This document shows, one piece after another, positions 63,051-64,000 of a stretch of 64,000 nt of DNA (within the stretch, counting starts at the first letter, position 1; every line of letters begins with the position of its first letter). The notes below the pieces were generated by a model. That model worked only from the letters and a program-made list of their open reading frames with translations. It searched no databases and had not been told where the DNA came from. A program made the position numbers and the translations under genes. Source of the DNA: Macrostomum lignano (taxonomy: Eukaryota); assembly GCA_002269645.1 (NCBI GenBank), contig NIVC01001451.1, positions 62,001 through 126,000 on the forward strand, read 5' to 3'.

Positions 63051-64000
63051 TGGCCCTGGGCTCTAGCCAGATATTGCATTTAATACAGTATGACTAAGCT
63101 CCACGCTGCCAAAGGAGCGACATTCTGTCTGCAAATAAATTTACAGCATTGCGTATCTGCGTCAGTAAATCTGATGAAGATTGCTGAGCTGTACAGGCCA
63201 GGCCTCATCCTGATCCAGGAACCCTGGATGCGCAACGGTAAGTTGCCCAACATTCCCTCTGGCTACTCTGATTTTTATGTGTGTGGCCCGGGGAACAGCC
63301 GCCCTAGAGCGGCTATCCTCGCTGCTAGCCATCTCCAGGCTTGGCTGAGGACTGATCTCTCTGATGGAGACCTTTGCGTCATCCAATCTAATCATTTCTC
63401 TCCGCGTACGTGTCTTGTTGCCTCGGTTTATATCCCAGGCGACAGAGACCCTGCTCCCGAGAGTTTACTGCGCCTTGCGCAGTACTGCGAGTCCCAGAAC
63501 GCTGAGCTGTGCTTAGGGGGCGACCTCAACGCGCACCACAAGCACTGGGGCAGCAAAGATACCAACACTAGAGGAGAGGAGCTTCTGGCCCTCATCTCTA
63601 ACACAAACCTCATGCTCTGCAACCGCGGCAGCACTCCTACCTTTAATAATGGCAGATGGACCGAGGTCCTCGACGCCACACTCGTTACCCCAAGACTCTT
63701 TGACAGAGTCAAGGAGTGGAGAGTCTGGTCTGAGGAGCCCTCCCTGTCTGACCACTGCTTTATCGCCTTTAATATCGCGGACACTAAAACCCAGTCTCCG
63801 ATCACTTGGAGACGCAATATCCGCAACACTGATTGGGCGGCCTACAAGGCTGCCCTTGATCTGCACCTGCAGGAACTCACGGACTTACGTCCGATTGAGA
63901 CCTGCGAGGATGTGGATCATATGGCTGAGACGCTGACAGGTTGCATTATTGCAGCCTACGAAGCGGCTTGTCCTGCTCGCGCCTACAGAGGCAAGACCTC
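62160..64000 (+). mobile_element. Non-LTR retrotransposon (LINE), LOA/R1-like, runs off the window
   Basis: ORF1-like frame ending at 63050, followed by an AP-endonuclease ORF2. Confidence 0.88.
63090..64000 (+). CDS. LINE ORF2, AP-endonuclease domain (partial)
   Basis: MTKLHAAK...QINLQHC...LIQEPW...VASVYIPGD...GGDLNAHHKHWGS...TPTF...LDATL...LSDHCFI...TDWAAY. No stop seen up to the window edge. Confidence 0.93.
   Translation, partial: MTKLHAAKGATFCLQINLQHCVSASVNLMKIAELYRPGLILIQEPWMRNGKLPNIPSGYSDFYVCGPGNSRPRAAILAASHLQAWLRTDLSDGDLCVIQSNHFSPRTCLVASVYIPGDRDPAPESLLRLAQYCESQNAELCLGGDLNAHHKHWGSKDTNTRGEELLALISNTNLMLCNRGSTPTFNNGRWTEVLDATLVTPRLFDRVKEWRVWSEEPSLSDHCFIAFNIADTKTQSPITWRRNIRNTDWAAYKAALDLHLQELTDLRPIETCEDVDHMAETLTGCIIAAYEAACPARAYRGKT

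Overview
Intron-rich animal genomic DNA. The minisatellite-filled introns resemble the flatworm Macrostomum, but the organism is an inference. I could build six spliced genes with GT-AG sites and consistent phases, all on the minus strand: methylmalonyl-CoA mutase (7 exons, about 746 aa), an SPDEF-like ETS factor, a FAM216-domain protein, a C14orf93-like protein, an unassigned 396-aa protein, and a GABA-A/GRD-like Cys-loop receptor subunit with ADR in place of the anion-channel PAR motif. The left 13.7 kb holds the most informative structure. Two related non-autonomous Helitrons lie head-to-tail (92-3787 and 3788-7771), each filled with different minisatellites. They are followed by a 2.33-kb tandem triplication of [Helitron 5' end + MUT 3' flank + part of the last MUT exon], whose extra copies keep the exact empty AT target site of the second Helitron. 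Also present: three TIR MITEs with 8-bp TSDs, a tRNA-derived SINE candidate, a LOA/R1-like LINE running off the right edge, and more than 25 micro/minisatellite arrays. Most long ORFs in the supplied track are repeat artefacts.
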